Made by a program: the position numbers and the translations under genes | Notes under the pieces: model-generated | Told to the model about the DNA's origin: nothing | The model's input: only the letters and a program-made list of their open reading frames with translations | Database searches by the model: none | Source of the DNA: Eledone cirrhosa | Taxonomy: Eukaryota | DNA: 64,000 bases | Assembly (NCBI GenBank): GCA_964016885.1 | Contig: OZ024762.1 | Location: 7,192,001 to 7,256,000, forward strand | Direction: 5' to 3' | In this document: piece after piece, positions 1-12,257 of the stretch | Layout of the letters: every line of letters starts with the position of its first letter | Numbering within the stretch: the first letter of the stretch is position 1

Positions 1-340
1 GGGGAAAGGGGATGTTTGGGGTGGGTGGGACAGAAGGGTTGGAGGGAAGAGGTATTTTTCTTTTGTTTATTGGGGGTGGAGGTCTTTTTTTTTAGGGGGA
101 AAGGGGATGTTTGGGGTGGGTGGGACAGAAGGGTTGGGGGAAGGGGTATTTTTATTTTGTTTATTGGGGGTGGAGGTCTTTCTTTTTTAGGGGGAAAGGG
201 GATGTTTGGGAGGGTGGGACAGAAGGGTTGGGGGGAAAGGGTGTTTTTCTTTTGTTTATTGGGGTGGAGGTCTTTCTTTTTTAGGGGGAAAGGGGATGTG
301 GGGGGAAGGGGTGTTTTTCTTTTGGTATTGTGGTGGGGTG
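1..340. repeat. G-rich degenerate tandem repeat (~95 bp unit, ~3.5 copies)
   Basis: Recurring ggggaaaggggatgtttggg...gggacagaagggttgg...tttattgggggtggaggtc blocks. Confidence 0.8.
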
Positions 341-504
341 TTCTTTTTTTACTTCAACTAATTGCAGCAGACAGAACATCTTGATGGCTATGGCTGAAGA
401 GTGTCCAGTTGGATTAAGTCAGTAGTATGTATTATAACACTTGGACACAGACTGACACATGATCAACCTCAGTTGGATCAACCTCCTCTTGGATGAGGGG
501 AACT

Positions 505-908
505 GTGTTGTAAGACCGTTTGAAACACCCAGTGACTCCAAGATACAACACTGAGGATATATCCTACAGTTGGTTCACCTGGATGAAGGTGACTATGTTG
601 TAAGACCTGAGACAATCAGTGACTCCAGAATACAACACTGATGATGTGTCCTGCAGTTGGTTCATCTGGATGAAGGTGACTATGTTGTAAGACCTGAGAC
701 AATCAGTGACTCCAGAATACAACACTGATGATGTGTCCTGCAGTTGGTTCATCTGGATGAAGGTGACTATGTTGTAAGACCTGAGACAATCAGTGACTCC
801 AGAATACAACACTGATGATGTGTCCTGCAGTTGGTTCATCTGGATGAGGGTGACTATGTTGTAAGACCTGAGACAATCAGTGACTCCAGAATACAACACT
901 GAGGATAT
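505..908. repeat. Minisatellite, 87-bp unit, ~4.5 copies
   Basis: Unit gactatgttgtaagacctgagacaatcagtgactccagaatacaacactgatgatgtgtcctgcagttggttcatctggatgaaggt; 29-aa periodicity in ORF 564..899. Confidence 0.9.
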
Positions 909-1149
909 ATATGTCCATGGTTTTGCATCAGTTGATATGTGAAAAGTGTTCTAGGTTGTTGAGTCACACTCATGTGTCATGTGACTGATCACATGTTTAG
1001 GGGCGGAGCTAAAATATTTATATATGGTAGTTGTTGAGTTGCTCATATGTGTCAAATAAGCTCTGAGATCAGTTGTTGAGAGTGAAGCTATTATGAATGT
1101 TTAAATGATGATGATGATGATGATGATGATATGAATATATTCTTTACAG

Positions 1150-1242
1150 TTCCAACAAATCCACCAAGCATGTTTTCAGTGTTGTTCTCAGACACAAGAG
1201 CTGATATACGATGGAGAAAACCACAAAAACTTATATACCAAG
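1150..1242 (+). CDS. ROS1: ROS1/Sevenless-like RTK, exon 1 of 28 in window (FN3 start)
   Basis: tttacag acceptor, gtgagt donor; PTNPPSMFSVLFSDTRADIRWRKPQKLIYQG resembles the ROS1 SVLFGSHQALVQWKPP FN3 segment; phase 1-1. Confidence 0.85.
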
Positions 1243-1393
1243 GTGAGTAACAAGAAATTATTCCACTTTCACAAGTAATTATCTTAAATCCTTCCCTTAC
1301 TATATTCACAATGGTGGACTTACCTTTGAGCTACATAAGCTTTAGCTTAGGCCCACATACCCTCATTATATATATATTTATATATATATAATG

Positions 1394-1580
1394 AGGGTGG
1401 ATTGGCAGTATCGGTAGAGGGTCGGACGCCATGCTTTCCAGCACAGTTACGTCCCTTTACGATCCGAGTTCAAATCCCGCCGAGGTTGACTTTGCCTTTC
1501 ATCCTTACGGGGTCGATAAAATAAAGTACCAGTAATGCACTGGGTAATTGCTGGCCTTGTGCCTAAAGTAGAAACAATTA
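1394..1580 (+). mobile_element. tRNA-derived SINE family A (representative copy; ~30 full or partial copies in window)
   Basis: A-box tggcagtatcgg, B-box gagttcaaatcc, central gcctttcatccttacggggtcgataaaataaagtaccag (resembles Meta-type SINE central domain, from memory), tail gctggccttgtgcc...agtagaaacaattatt. Other copies near 5285, 6727, 11627, 11824, 12297, 12666, 16305, 18691, 26968, 27201, 31060, 35325, 35523, 43213, 44228, 44346, 48100, 61240, 61425 (+) and 17658, 28690, 43691, 56210 (-). Confidence 0.9.
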
Positions 1581-1780
1581 TATATATATTTATATAGTTA
1601 ACCTCGGCGGGATTTGAACTCAGACCATAAAGGGCCTTTTCAACGAAGAGTTACGGCCCTTTATGGTCTGAGTTCAAATCCCGCCGAGGTTAACTTTGCC
1701 TTTCATCCTTACGAGGTCGATAAAATAAAGTACCAGTAATACACTGGGATAATTGCTGGCCTTGTGCCAAAAGTAGAAAC

Positions 1781-1821
<41 letters not shown>

Positions 1822-1834
1822 TATATACACAATT

Positions 1835-2025
1835 TCTTCTTCTTCTTCTTCTTCTTCCCCTTCTCCTCCTCCTACCTTCCACTTATTCCTGAGAGGGTCA
1901 TGGGGGCAGAATCCTCAAACACTCCTCCTTCATGCAGGTCCTGTCAGAAGCAACCATCTCCAGTTGATCTGGCTGGGTTCGTAGTCAAAACTAACCAACT
2001 TCGTGGATATTATCCAACCATCTTT
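1835..2025 (-). mobile_element. RTE-like LINE 3' end fragment with (GAA)n tail
   Basis: Similar to 28825-29060 (encodes RWLDNIHELGWSCLEIQTDQLEMVA); related pieces at 7000-7260 (+), 24010-24290, 44815-45100, 52035-52750 (-). Confidence 0.6.
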
Positions 2026-2270
2026 CCAAATAACTATGAAAATAATCCAGGATTTGTAGGGATTTAGTAATATAATAAATTTTCTCATTATTTATCTGGT
2101 GTTTAGAACATAACTTAACAAAGGTCCTTACATAAGATTATGATGGTAGTTTTTTAGATAAATATAAACACTAACCCTTCCATTACCATATTCCTAATGA
2201 AAGGCACTGTCTATGGCTTTCAAATAGTTTTGAAAATAATCAAGAATTTATTAATATAATTAACATTCTC
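2020..2270 (+). repeat. Dispersed/tandem AT-rich ~190-bp element family
   Basis: aaccctt..ttaccatatttctaatgaaagacactg...ttttgaaaataatcaagaa...gtttggaacataacttaacaaaggttcttacataaaattatgatgg; recurs at 2530, 6610, 22220-22710, 34790-35070, 43580-43900 (-), 62070-63600. Confidence 0.75.
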
Positions 2271-2630
2271 ATTATTTTTTTTTATATAAGGAATAAATCA
2301 TTTATTAAGTTTTCATAATTAATTATATAAATAATGGGGGGAAAAAGGGTTAAATAAGGGCAGATCTGGTTGTACAGGAAAGTAAAGGAAAGGACTATAA
2401 ATGCCACAAATGAGAAGAAAAGGAAGGAAAGAGCAAGGACTGTTAGGCTACAGATAAAAGAGAGGGGGAAAGGGAGAGGGTGACAGGCTCTATGCCTAGG
2501 TCAGATTTCGGCTGAACAGGGTCTAAGGTGTTTGGAACATAACTTACCAAAGGTTCTTACATAGAATTATGATTAAAGGATTTCAGATAAACATAAACTC
2601 TTTCGTTACCATATTTCTAATAAAACACAC

Positions 2631-3207
2631 TACCAGTGATTATGGGTTTAGGGAACTAGGACACCACTGTTATGGGTTTTGGGAACTAGGACACCACTGT
2701 TGTGGGTTTAGGGAACTAGGACACCACTGTTGTGGGTTTAGGGAACTAGGACACCACTGTTGTGGGTTTAGGGAACTAGGACACCACTGTTATGGGTTTT
2801 GGGAACTAGGACACCACTGTTGTGGGTTTAGGGAACTAGGACACAACTGTTGTGGGTTTAGGGAACTAGGACACAACTGTTGTGGGTTTAGGGAACTAGG
2901 ACACAACTGTTGTGGGTTTAGGGAACTAGGACACAACTGTTGTGGGTTTAGGGAACTAGGACACCACTGTTGTGGGTTTAGGGAACTAGGACACCACTGT
3001 TGTGGGTTTAGGGAACTAGGACACCACTGTTGTGGGTTTAGGGAACTAGGACACCACTGTTATAGGTTTTGGGAACTAGGACACAACTGTTGTGGGTTTT
3101 GGGAACTAGGACACAACTGTTGTGGGTTTTGGGAACTAGGACACCACTGTTATGGGTTTTGGGAACTAGGACACAACTGTTGTGGGTTTTGGGAACTAGG
3201 ACACCAG
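2631..3207. repeat. Minisatellite, 30-bp unit, ~19 copies
   Basis: tgtgggtttagggaactaggacaccactgt repeated. Confidence 0.95.
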
Positions 3208-3499
3208 TTAAAGTAAAGTATCAGTAAAATACCTGGGGTCACTTTAATTGACATTCTGGGCCTAACCTCACCCCCACCTAATCATCCACCCAAGCCCCAC
3301 CCCTTCGAATTGTTGGCCTTGTGCCTAAATTAGAAACTGTTGTATGTTCCATGTGTTGAGTTAACATTATTACTTGTGTGCGTTTGTTGTAGGTTGAGTC
3401 ATTGTTAGTTTAGTTTGGCTGCAGCCTCCCTCATCTTTAAAGAAGAGACTTTATTTACAACCTAGCCCTAACAGACAACTTCCTTTCTCTGATATTGGT

Positions 3500-4380
3500 T
3501 GAGGAGGGAGGAAGAGGGGTAGGGAGGAAGAGGAAGGAGAGGGTGGGGAATGGGGAGGGTGGGAGGGAGAGGAAGGAGAGGGTGGGAGGGAGAGGAAGGA
3601 GATGGTGGGGGGGGATGAATGAGAGGGGGAGGAGGACGAGGGGGAGGAAGGAGAGAGTGGAAGGGAGGGAGGGGAAGGAGAGAGGTGGGAGGGAGAGGAA
3701 GGAGAGGAAGGAGAGGGTGTGATGGAGATGAAGGAGAGGGGGAGGGGGAGACGAGGAGGGAGAGGGGTATGGGGTAGGGAAGAAGAGGAGGGAGAGATGT
3801 GGGAGGGAGAGGTGTGGGAGGGAGAGAGATAGGGATGAAGAGGAGAGAGGTAGGGAGGAAGCGGAGGGAGAGGGGGGCAGCGAAGGAGGTAGGGAGGGAG
3901 AGGAAGGAGAGAGATGGGAGGAAGAGGAGGGAGAGAGGTAAAAGGAAAAGAGGGAGAGAGGTGGGAGAAGATGAGGAAAGCATTTTTTCAAAAAAAATGT
4001 TGGTCTATTTTATTTTTAATATGTACATTGCTGACTTTTAGGAATTGGTGTGTGGGGGGGGGTAGTGGTGATGGTGGTGGTAGTGGTGGTATGGTGGTGG
4101 GGGTGTAGTGGTGTGGGGTAGTGGTGGGGGTATGGTGGTGGTGGTGGTGGTATGGTGGTGGTGTAGTGGTGATGGTATGGTGGTGGTGGTGGTGGTATGG
4201 TGGTGGTGTAGTGGTGATGGTGGTGGTAGTGGTGGTATGGTGGTGGTGGTGGGGGTAGTGGTGTGGGGTAGTGGTGGGGGTATGGTGGTGGTGGTGGTGG
4301 TATGGTGGTGGTGTAGTGGTGATGGTATGGTGGTAGTGGTGTAGTGGTGGTAGTGGTATTTGTGGTGGTGGTGGTGTGAT
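3500..4380. repeat. Polypurine (GGA/GGGA) tract followed by (GGT)n-like repeat
   Basis: Direct inspection. Confidence 0.9.
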
Positions 4381-4688
4381 GAAAAAAAAAAATGCCCCCA
4401 CCCCGCTCCTTCCTCTTCTAAAAAAAAAAAAAAAACTAGAAAAGAGAAAGGAAAAAAATAAAGGCATCTTTTTAAAAAAAATGAACAGAATGCAAGCCAT
4501 TTTTTTTCTGTAGTTTTCTAATAATTGCCAGGTGTCTGTGTGTCTGTGAGAGAGGTAGCACCAACATTATTGAGCCTTGCTTGCGGTTTGGATGGCTGCC
4601 ACAAAATGACACAACATTTCAGTTGTCTGAAATTATCTTAGAACAAATGCACCATTTTCATTACCACCATTATTATTACCATTATTTA

Positions 4689-4719
<31 letters not shown>

Positions 4720-4768
4720 GTTGTTGTTGTTGTTGTTGTTATAATTGTTATTGTTCTTATATTTATTT

Positions 4769-4799
<31 letters not shown>

Positions 4800-4849
4800 C
4801 AGTAGTAGTATCTTCTCTTTGCTCAGCATTTTCGTTGTTCTTCTGCAGA

Positions 4850-4898
<49 letters not shown>

Positions 4899-4905
4899 GT
4901 TGTTA

Positions 4906-4940
<35 letters not shown>

Positions 4941-4947
4941 GTTGTTA

Positions 4948-4985
<38 letters not shown>

Positions 4986-5429
4986 CTAGAGATTTCTTTT
5001 GTAGTTTGTAAGTAGAATTCTTGTGTAGTTTACAAGTCCCAAAATAGTTCCATTTATAGTAAATCAAGTATGAAAGAATATGCATTTTTTTTTTTTTGTG
5101 CAAATTGTATTTTTATTTTTTCTTTATTTATTATTTTTAATAATATTATTAAGTTCAAATCCCACCAAGGTTAGCCTTTGCTTTTCATCCTTAAGGGGTC
5201 GATAAAATAAAGTACCAGTAATGCACTTCCCCTCCCCTTCAATTTGCTGGCCTTGTATTCAAATCAGAAACCATTATTATTATTAGGTGAATTGGCAGTA
5301 TCGGTAGAGGGTCGGACATGCTTTCCAGCATAGTTACGTCCCTTTACAATCTGAGTTCAAATCCCACCAAGGTTAACTTTGCCTTTCATCCTTACGGGGT
5401 CGATAAAATAAAGTACCGGTAATTTCATT

Positions 5430-5861
5430 TTTTCATTTCATTTTACGTCCGCTTTTCCCTGCTTGCAAGGGTGGGACGGGAACTGATTCTGGCTTGATTT
5501 CTACAGCTGGATGCCCTTCCTAACACCAACCTCATTACAGTGAGTGCTGGGTGCTTTTTTCCGTGGCACCTCCACGACCACTTTACAGTAAGTGCTGGGT
5601 GCTTTTTTTGCCGTGGCACCTCCACGACCACTTTACAGTAAGTGCTGGGTGCTTTTTTTGCCGTGGCACCTCCACGACCACTTTGCAGTGGAATGATATG
5701 GACCCCAGTCCCTATCATCTCATTTCTACAGCTGAGTAAACTGGAGCAATGTGAAATATAGTGTCTTGCTCAAGGAAACAACACATCACCCGGTCTGAGA
5801 ATTGAACTCACAACCTTTCGATTGCAAGGCCAATGCTCTAACCACTAAGCCATGTGCCTCC
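5430..5861 (-). mobile_element. tRNA-derived SINE family B (V-SINE-like ccttgagcaagacact domain), with 3 internal tandem ~50-bp units
   Basis: Reverse complement of the copy at 30120-30440; tail ggtgttaggaagggcatccagctgtagaaa. Confidence 0.85.
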
Positions 5862-6367
5862 TGTACTGGGTAATTACTGGCCTTGTGCCAAAAGTAGAAA
5901 CAATTATTATTATTATTTAAATACAAGGCCAGCAAATTGAAGGATGCCATCCCACTACGCAGAATTCCATCCTTAGATGGGCAGCTGTCATTCTGATTTT
6001 CATTCTTGTCTCAGGAATAGAAGTTGGAAAGGACTATCTGGACTTAAGTGCCTTTATTTAAGATATGTAGGAGGTTTGTATCGTAAATCTCGGGGGTAGT
6101 TTCGGACAGCTTTGATATATGAAAAGGTTTAAAATCAATTAATAAATCACACAGCTTGCACGGCTTCCTTTCACTCCCTGTTACCATCTAATTCTATTGC
6201 TTATCATATTCAGCAGGTGAGAGAGATTGCAGTTTATGTTGTCACAAATCTGCTTGATATAGGTCCTGGTTTGCCATCTTCTGTTAGCTTTTCCTTATGT
6301 TGGCTACCACATCAGAGTTAACCACGCAACCATATAGAGAACTTTTGTTATTTTTATTCTTTCCCAG

Positions 6368-6574
6368 GTAATGGAAGCTGGAGAGGATGGAAATATGAAC
6401 TGACAGTTCAAGAAGGAGATTCACCTGAAGTAACAAAATATCACCCTGTTGGCTTCAAGCACACAATCACCAGTCTGAAACCAAATACTATATACAAGAT
6501 GAAGATTCGAGCATATATTGACAACAAATATGGCCCCTGGACAAGGATATTTGTTGGTCGGACATTACTTACAG
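6368..6574 (+). CDS. ROS1: ROS1-like exon 2 (FN3)
   Basis: cccag/gtattt; NGSWRGWKYELTVQEG...LKPNTIYKMKIRAYIDNKYGPWTRIFVGRTL, cf. ROS1 SAWQNWTYEVKV...GPWSEPSVGTTL. Confidence 0.9.
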
Positions 6575-7354
6575 GTATTTCTTTCTAATTTACATCTTAG
6601 TTTCAATCTTTGTTAACCCTTTCAATTACCATATTTCTAATGACAGATACTGTCATTGATTTCAAAGCATTTTGAAAATAATCAACAATTTAGAAAGACT
6701 TAGTACATTTCTCATTATTAAAAAAGTGGAGGGTCAGAGACCATGCTTTCCAGCATAGTTACGTCCCTTTACGATCTGAGTTCAAATCCCGCCGAGGTTG
6801 ACTTTGCCTTTCATCCTTACGGGGTCGATAAAATAAAGTACCAGTAATGCACTGGGTAATTGCTGGCCTTGTGCCTAAAGTAGAAACAATTATCACCATT
6901 TAACGTCCATTTTTTTTCCTCGCTAGCATGGGTTAGACAATATGTAGAAGGGAGGTAGGTGTAAAAGCTAAACTCGCTATCTTCAATTTGGTATTTGTGC
7001 CAGCCCTTAACTATGGCCATGAATGAATCTTGGGTAATGACTAATAGAATATAATACAAACAGCCAAAATGAGGTTCCTCCAAAGGGCCTTTGGAGTGAC
7101 GTTCCTCGATATAGTGCATAGCTCGGAGATCAGAGAGTTGCTCCAGGTAGAGCCGCTACTTCTCTGAATTGAGATATCACAGCTCCAGAGCTATGGACAT
7201 GGGTTAGAATGTCTCAGGAAAGAATCACTGGACAGATTTTGATGGCTCTGACCGCACAACCCAACCCCCTCAGTGGCAAAGAAGAAGCAGCAGAAGCAGC
7301 AGCAGCATGTGTTAAACTATATGTATATATCTTCTTTCCCAATTTTAATTGTAG

Positions 7355-7486
7355 ATATCATGCCAATTATCACATATGAAACCTCCGACTACATAGCACA
7401 AATTGGTTTGGATGGCCGAAGCTTGAATGGTCAATTTGTTGATGGCCCATATGATACAAATCTCCGAAAATATGAACTTGCAAAAC
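7355..7486 (+). CDS. ROS1: ROS1-like exon 3
   Basis: gtag/gtaagt; IMPIITYETSDYIAQIGLDGRSLNGQFVDGPYDTNLRKYELAK; phase 1-1 fits neighbours. Confidence 0.75.
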
Positions 7487-7849
7487 GTAAGTTATTTATT
7501 TTCTGTAACCTTTTCAGAATGTTGTTTCTTTAAATCCATAGGAATTGTCTAGTGGATGAGCAGGATATTACTGGTATTGCTAAAAGAAAGATGAATTGCA
7601 GAGGGTGAAGATCAGGGTGAGCCAGTGATGGTAGTGAAAAGAAGTGAGTGGTTGTGTCGTCAGGTGGTTTGGTATCAAAAGGGCTCTATATACAGCTCTG
7701 AACCATAAACCAGGGGTGGTGTCAGATAGTTTGGTAGCAAAAGGGCTTTATATACAGCTCTGAACCATAAACCAGGGGTGGTGTCAGATAGTTTGGTAGC
7801 AAAAGGGCTTTATATACAGCTCTGAACCATAAACAGTTACATGAATGTA

Positions 7850-8245
7850 CAACAAGCACTCTAACAAATTGTCTGGCAAAGAAAATTGATGGAACTTATA
7901 CAAGAATTCTTTGAACTGCTTTGGACATCTGGAGACAGAACCCTATGAAAGAACTTCTCCATGGTAATTTACCGTGAATATCACACATCATCAGAGAAAG
8001 ATGATTCACTGGACATTGCTGGAGAACGATGAGAGATCATCAGTGACATTCTTCATTGGGAACCAAAGCTTGGATGTGTAAATGCTGTAGACCACATCAA
8101 ACCTAGGTAAAGCAACTGTACGAGGGTTCTGAGTGCACTTGAAAAGCCCTACAATGAGCAGTGCAGTGGCAGACTAAACAGACTGAAGAGAATGGATCAT
8201 AGTAATCCATGTAATAAGCATGCCCAAATGATGATGATGATGATG
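7850..8245 (+). mobile_element. Degraded RTE-like LINE 3' fragment with (TGA)n tail
   Basis: gatggaacttatacaagaattctt (DGTYTRIL), ttcactggacattgctgg (FTGHCW); same family as 25724-26620. Confidence 0.55.
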
Positions 8246-8323
8246 TACAATAAATCCAGGCACAGTTTTGTATCGTAAGTGTTAAATTGAAAATGTTACA
8301 TGAAATATTTTGTTATGTTGTAG

Positions 8324-8463
8324 GTCTATTCCCAGTGAACGCTGCCCATACTTCTGCCACTCCTTACAATGTCGCCATGAAAATGGAAAGTAAAATTCAA
8401 GCATTTAGTATAGCAGTGGATTGGTTATCAAACAAAATATACTGGTCTAATGGTAAATGTGGA
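8324..8463 (+). CDS. ROS1: ROS1-like exon 4 (YWTD-like propeller)
   Basis: tgtag/gtaagt; ...AFSIAVDWLSNKIYWSNGKCG. Confidence 0.85.
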
Positions 8464-8644
8464 GTAAGTGGGCTTATCTCTCTCTCTCTCTCTCTCCCCT
8501 TCCTCTCTCTCCCATTCATCTCTCCCTTTCCTATCTCTCACTATCCCTGCTCATTCCCTCTCCCATCTCTCTCCCCTTCCACTGGCTCTCTGTCATCTCT
8601 ACCATCTCTCTCTATCTCCCTCTATGTTTCTCTTTCTCCTTTCT

Positions 8645-9470
8645 CATCATGAGATGGACCACATAAGATATGGCTCATCATGAGATGGACCACATAAGAT
8701 ATGGCTCACCATGAGATGGACCACATAAGATATGGCTCACCATGAGATGGACCACATAAGATATGGCTCATCATGAGATGGACCACATAAGATATGGCTC
8801 ACCATGAGATGGACCACATAAGATATGGCTCACCATGAGATGGACCACATAAGATATGGCTCATCATGAGATGGACCACATAAGATATGACTCATCATGA
8901 GGTTGACCACATAAGATATGACTCATCATGAGATGGACCACATAAGATATGGCTCACCATGAGATGGACCACACAAGATATGGCTCATCATGAGATGGAC
9001 CACATAAGATATGACTCACCATGAGATGGACCACATAAGATATGGCTCATCATGAGATGGACCACATAAGATATGGCTCACCATGAGATGGACCACACAA
9101 GATATGGCTCATCATGAGATGGACCACATAAGATATGGCTCACCATGAGATGGACCACATAAGATATGGCTCACCATGAGATGGACCACATAAGATATGG
9201 CTCACCATGAGATGGACCACATAAGGTATGACTCACCATGACATGGACCACATAAGATATGACTCATCATGAGATGGACCACATAAGATATGACTCATCA
9301 TGAGGTTGACCACATAAGATATGACTCATCATGAGATGGACCACATAAGATATGGCTCACCATGAGATGGACCACATAAGATATGGCTCACCATGAGATG
9401 GACCACATAAGATATGACTCATCATGAGGTTGACCACATAAGATATGACTCATCATGAGGTTGACCACAC
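8645..9470. repeat. Minisatellite, 31-bp unit, ~26 copies
   Basis: catgagatggaccacataagatatggctcat. Confidence 0.95.
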
Positions 9471-9700
9471 TACAAAAGATTTCAAAGCAATTTTGAAGTT
9501 AAGTGAACCATTCAGAAATCCAAACAAGCTACAGTTTGCCCATCGCTGTTACTGAGTTACTGAGTCTCAAAGAATGTCATTGGAAATCATCTTTTTTTTT
9601 CTTTTCTTCAAAGAGTTTCATCTAAAACCCCGTTGTTTTTTTGTTTTTTTTTCTTCAAAGAATTTCGTCTAAAACGCTTTTTCTTTTCATTCTCTTCCAG

Positions 9701-10032
9701 ATCTGCCGAGTTGACTGGAGTTTAACAAAAGCCGAGAAAATCATACGAAAGAGTGCCGACAACTTGTGCATTGATTCATTGAAAGGAGTTCTATATTGGA
9801 ACACAAAATATATCGTGCAGGCATCTTACTTAAATGGCATAAATATCCATGAATACTACAGAAGACCATTCGAAGAGAAATTCATATACTCGATGACATT
9901 AGACATGGACTCACACACTCTCTACTGGATCCAACCAACAAACACAGGATCCCGAATATACATGGCAAATATGATTGGTTATGACAATAACATTTTCAAA
10001 GGTTCAACGAAAATCATCCATGTTAGACACAC
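9701..10032 (+). CDS. ROS1: ROS1-like exon 5 (YWTD-like propeller)
   Basis: ttccag/gtaagt; ICRVDW...LCIDSLKGVLYWNT...MTLDMDSHTLYWIQ. Confidence 0.9.
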
Positions 10033-10122
10033 GTAAGTTCCTACTTCTCTCCTTCTCTCTCTCTCTCTTTGTCAGTCTCTCTTTCTTTCTCTCTATCTAT
10101 CACTCACACACACACTTACTCA

Positions 10123-10155
<33 letters not shown>

Positions 10156-10329
10156 ACATACACATTCATTCTCCTCAACTCTCACTTTTTCTCACATGCA
10201 CACACACTCACACACTCCCACACACACTCACACATACACTTACTCTCTCTTTCACTCTCTCTCCCTTTCTCTCTTAGGGTCCTTCAATTAATCGTAAATG
10301 TTCAGATTTGAATATCTCATATATTTGTA

Positions 10330-10830
10330 AACTATATATACCCAATATATATACTATATATACCCAATATATATACTATATATACCCAACATATATACTA
10401 TATATACCTAATATATATACTATATATACCCAACATATATACTATATATACCTATTATATAAACTATATATACCTAATATATATACTATATATACCTAAT
10501 ATATATACTATATATACCCAACATATATACTATATATCCCTAATATATATACTATATATACCCAACATATATACTATATATACCCAACATATATACTATA
10601 TATACCCAACATATATACTATATATACCCAACATATATACTATATATACCCAACATGTATACTATATATACCCAACATATATACTATATATACCCAACAT
10701 GTATACTATATATCCCTAATATATATACTATATATACCCAACATATATACTATATATACCCAACATATATACTATATATACCCAACATATATACTATATA
10801 TACCCAACATATATACTATATATACTATAT
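10330..10830. repeat. Minisatellite, 22-bp unit
   Basis: atatatactatatatacccaac. Confidence 0.9.
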
Positions 10831-10834
10831 CATT

Positions 10835-11500
10835 ATCATCTAACATCCATCTTCCATGCTAGCATGGGTTTGACGGGAATTGTCCCACTTGAGACAAGAT
10901 TGGTCGGGTGACCGTGTCTTACTCGTATAGGACTATCTGGCAGGTTTTCTACAGCTGGATGCCCTTCCTAACACCAACCACGTTTACGGTGTGGACTGGG
11001 AACTTTTTACCGTGTTACCTACTTGGCCACATTACAGCATGGACTGGATGTTCTGTGGTACCAACATAACTTTACAGAGAAAGGGTGGTGTTGGTGGGAG
11101 TAAGAGGATGGAGTAGGGGTAGTAGGTTGGGGTATATATTTGGTTATGAGGGGCCTACTGACTGTAGGTTTACTTCGTACATAAGGGAAGGTGGGTCTTC
11201 TGTATTACTGCATGGCACCAAAGATCTCGGTCCAGTGACATTGTCTTAGAGAGGTGTAAGTGTACAAGGTCGGATTTTATCATGTCGTCCCAGGTTTCTC
11301 TGGGTCTACCTACTCTGTAACTTCCATCAATTTTGATTGCTCTGCACTTTTTTTATACAGCTATCATCTTTCATGCGCCTCACATGACCATACCAATGTA
11401 ATCTTCTCTCAAGTAAACTGCATCTGATCCCTCTTATTCCTAATTTCTCATTTAGTTCATTTATGTTTTGCTGTTCATGTATATTACTATTACACATATA
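10835..11500 (-). mobile_element. RTE-clade LINE 3' fragment
   Basis: Paralogous to 13373-14190 (ORF C-terminus plus 3'UTR and (GAT)n tail). Confidence 0.8.
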
Positions 11501-12093
11501 TATTTGTTATCCATTTTTCTATCTCATTTCTATCAAATGCCCCACCCCACCTTAACATTATAACTTGTATTGTAATGGCACCTTCCTCTGATGCCCTTCT
11601 GGCAAATAAAACAAATCATTATTTTTATTGGCAGTATCGGTAGAGGGTTGGACGCCATGCTTTGACACATAGAGTTACGGCCCTTGCCATTCAGTGTTCA
11701 AATCCCGCCAAGGTTAACTTTGCCTTTCATCCTTACGGGGTCAATAAAATAAAGTACCAGTAATGCACTGGGTAATTGCTGGCCTTGTGCCAAAAGTAGA
11801 AACAATTATTTTTATGGTTGTTGGGGCAGTAGATTGGTATCGCTAGATCATCAAAGAGAATGCTTTGGGGCATAGAGTTACAGCCCTTTATGGTCTGAGT
11901 TCAAATCATCCCACCAAGGTTAGCTTACCCTTTCATTCTTACGGGGCCGATAAAAAAAAAAAAAAAAAGGACCAGTAATGCGCTGGGGTCGATTTAATCA
12001 CCCCCCCCCCCACACACACACACACACACAATTGTTGACCTTGTGCCTAAATCAGAAATCGTTATTATTATTGTTGTTGTTGTTGTATTGCAG

Positions 12094-12257
12094 GATTATA
12101 CAGATACAGTACTTCAGCCATCGTTTTATCTGGCTCAACAACAAAGGACAAATTATGACCAGTGACACTAAAGGCCAGAATGTTTCTCGTTTGGTCAATA
12201 TCAATAATAGAATCAAGTTATTCTCCTTCTTCCACCAATCTCAATATAAATATCCAG
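12094..12257 (+). CDS. ROS1: ROS1-like exon 6
   Basis: tgcag/gtgac; IIQIQYFSHRFIWLNNKGQ...SFFHQSQYKYP; phase 2-1. Confidence 0.85.

Noticed and set aside
365-500. Possible additional upstream ROS1 exon after ttgcagcag
   Set aside because: In-frame stops and no recognisable ROS1 similarity or matching donor.
1394-1480. A-box/B-box motifs as tRNA genes
   Set aside because: They are heads of multi-copy SINEs with non-tRNA bodies and TSDs; no convincing cloverleaf.
2569-3216. 215-aa Cys/His-rich ORF (CCGFRELGHH)n that looks like a metal-binding protein
   Set aside because: It is the translation of a 30-bp minisatellite inside a ROS1 intron, with no splice or compositional support.
5960-6345. 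Possible minus-strand GIY-YIG/Penelope relic
   Set aside because: Only a few frameshifted residues resemble the motif; too weak to call without a search.
8645-9470. Regular 31-bp (and 50-, 61-, 97-bp) arrays as possible CRISPR arrays
   Set aside because: Head-to-tail units without unique spacers, eukaryotic intronic context and no cas genes.
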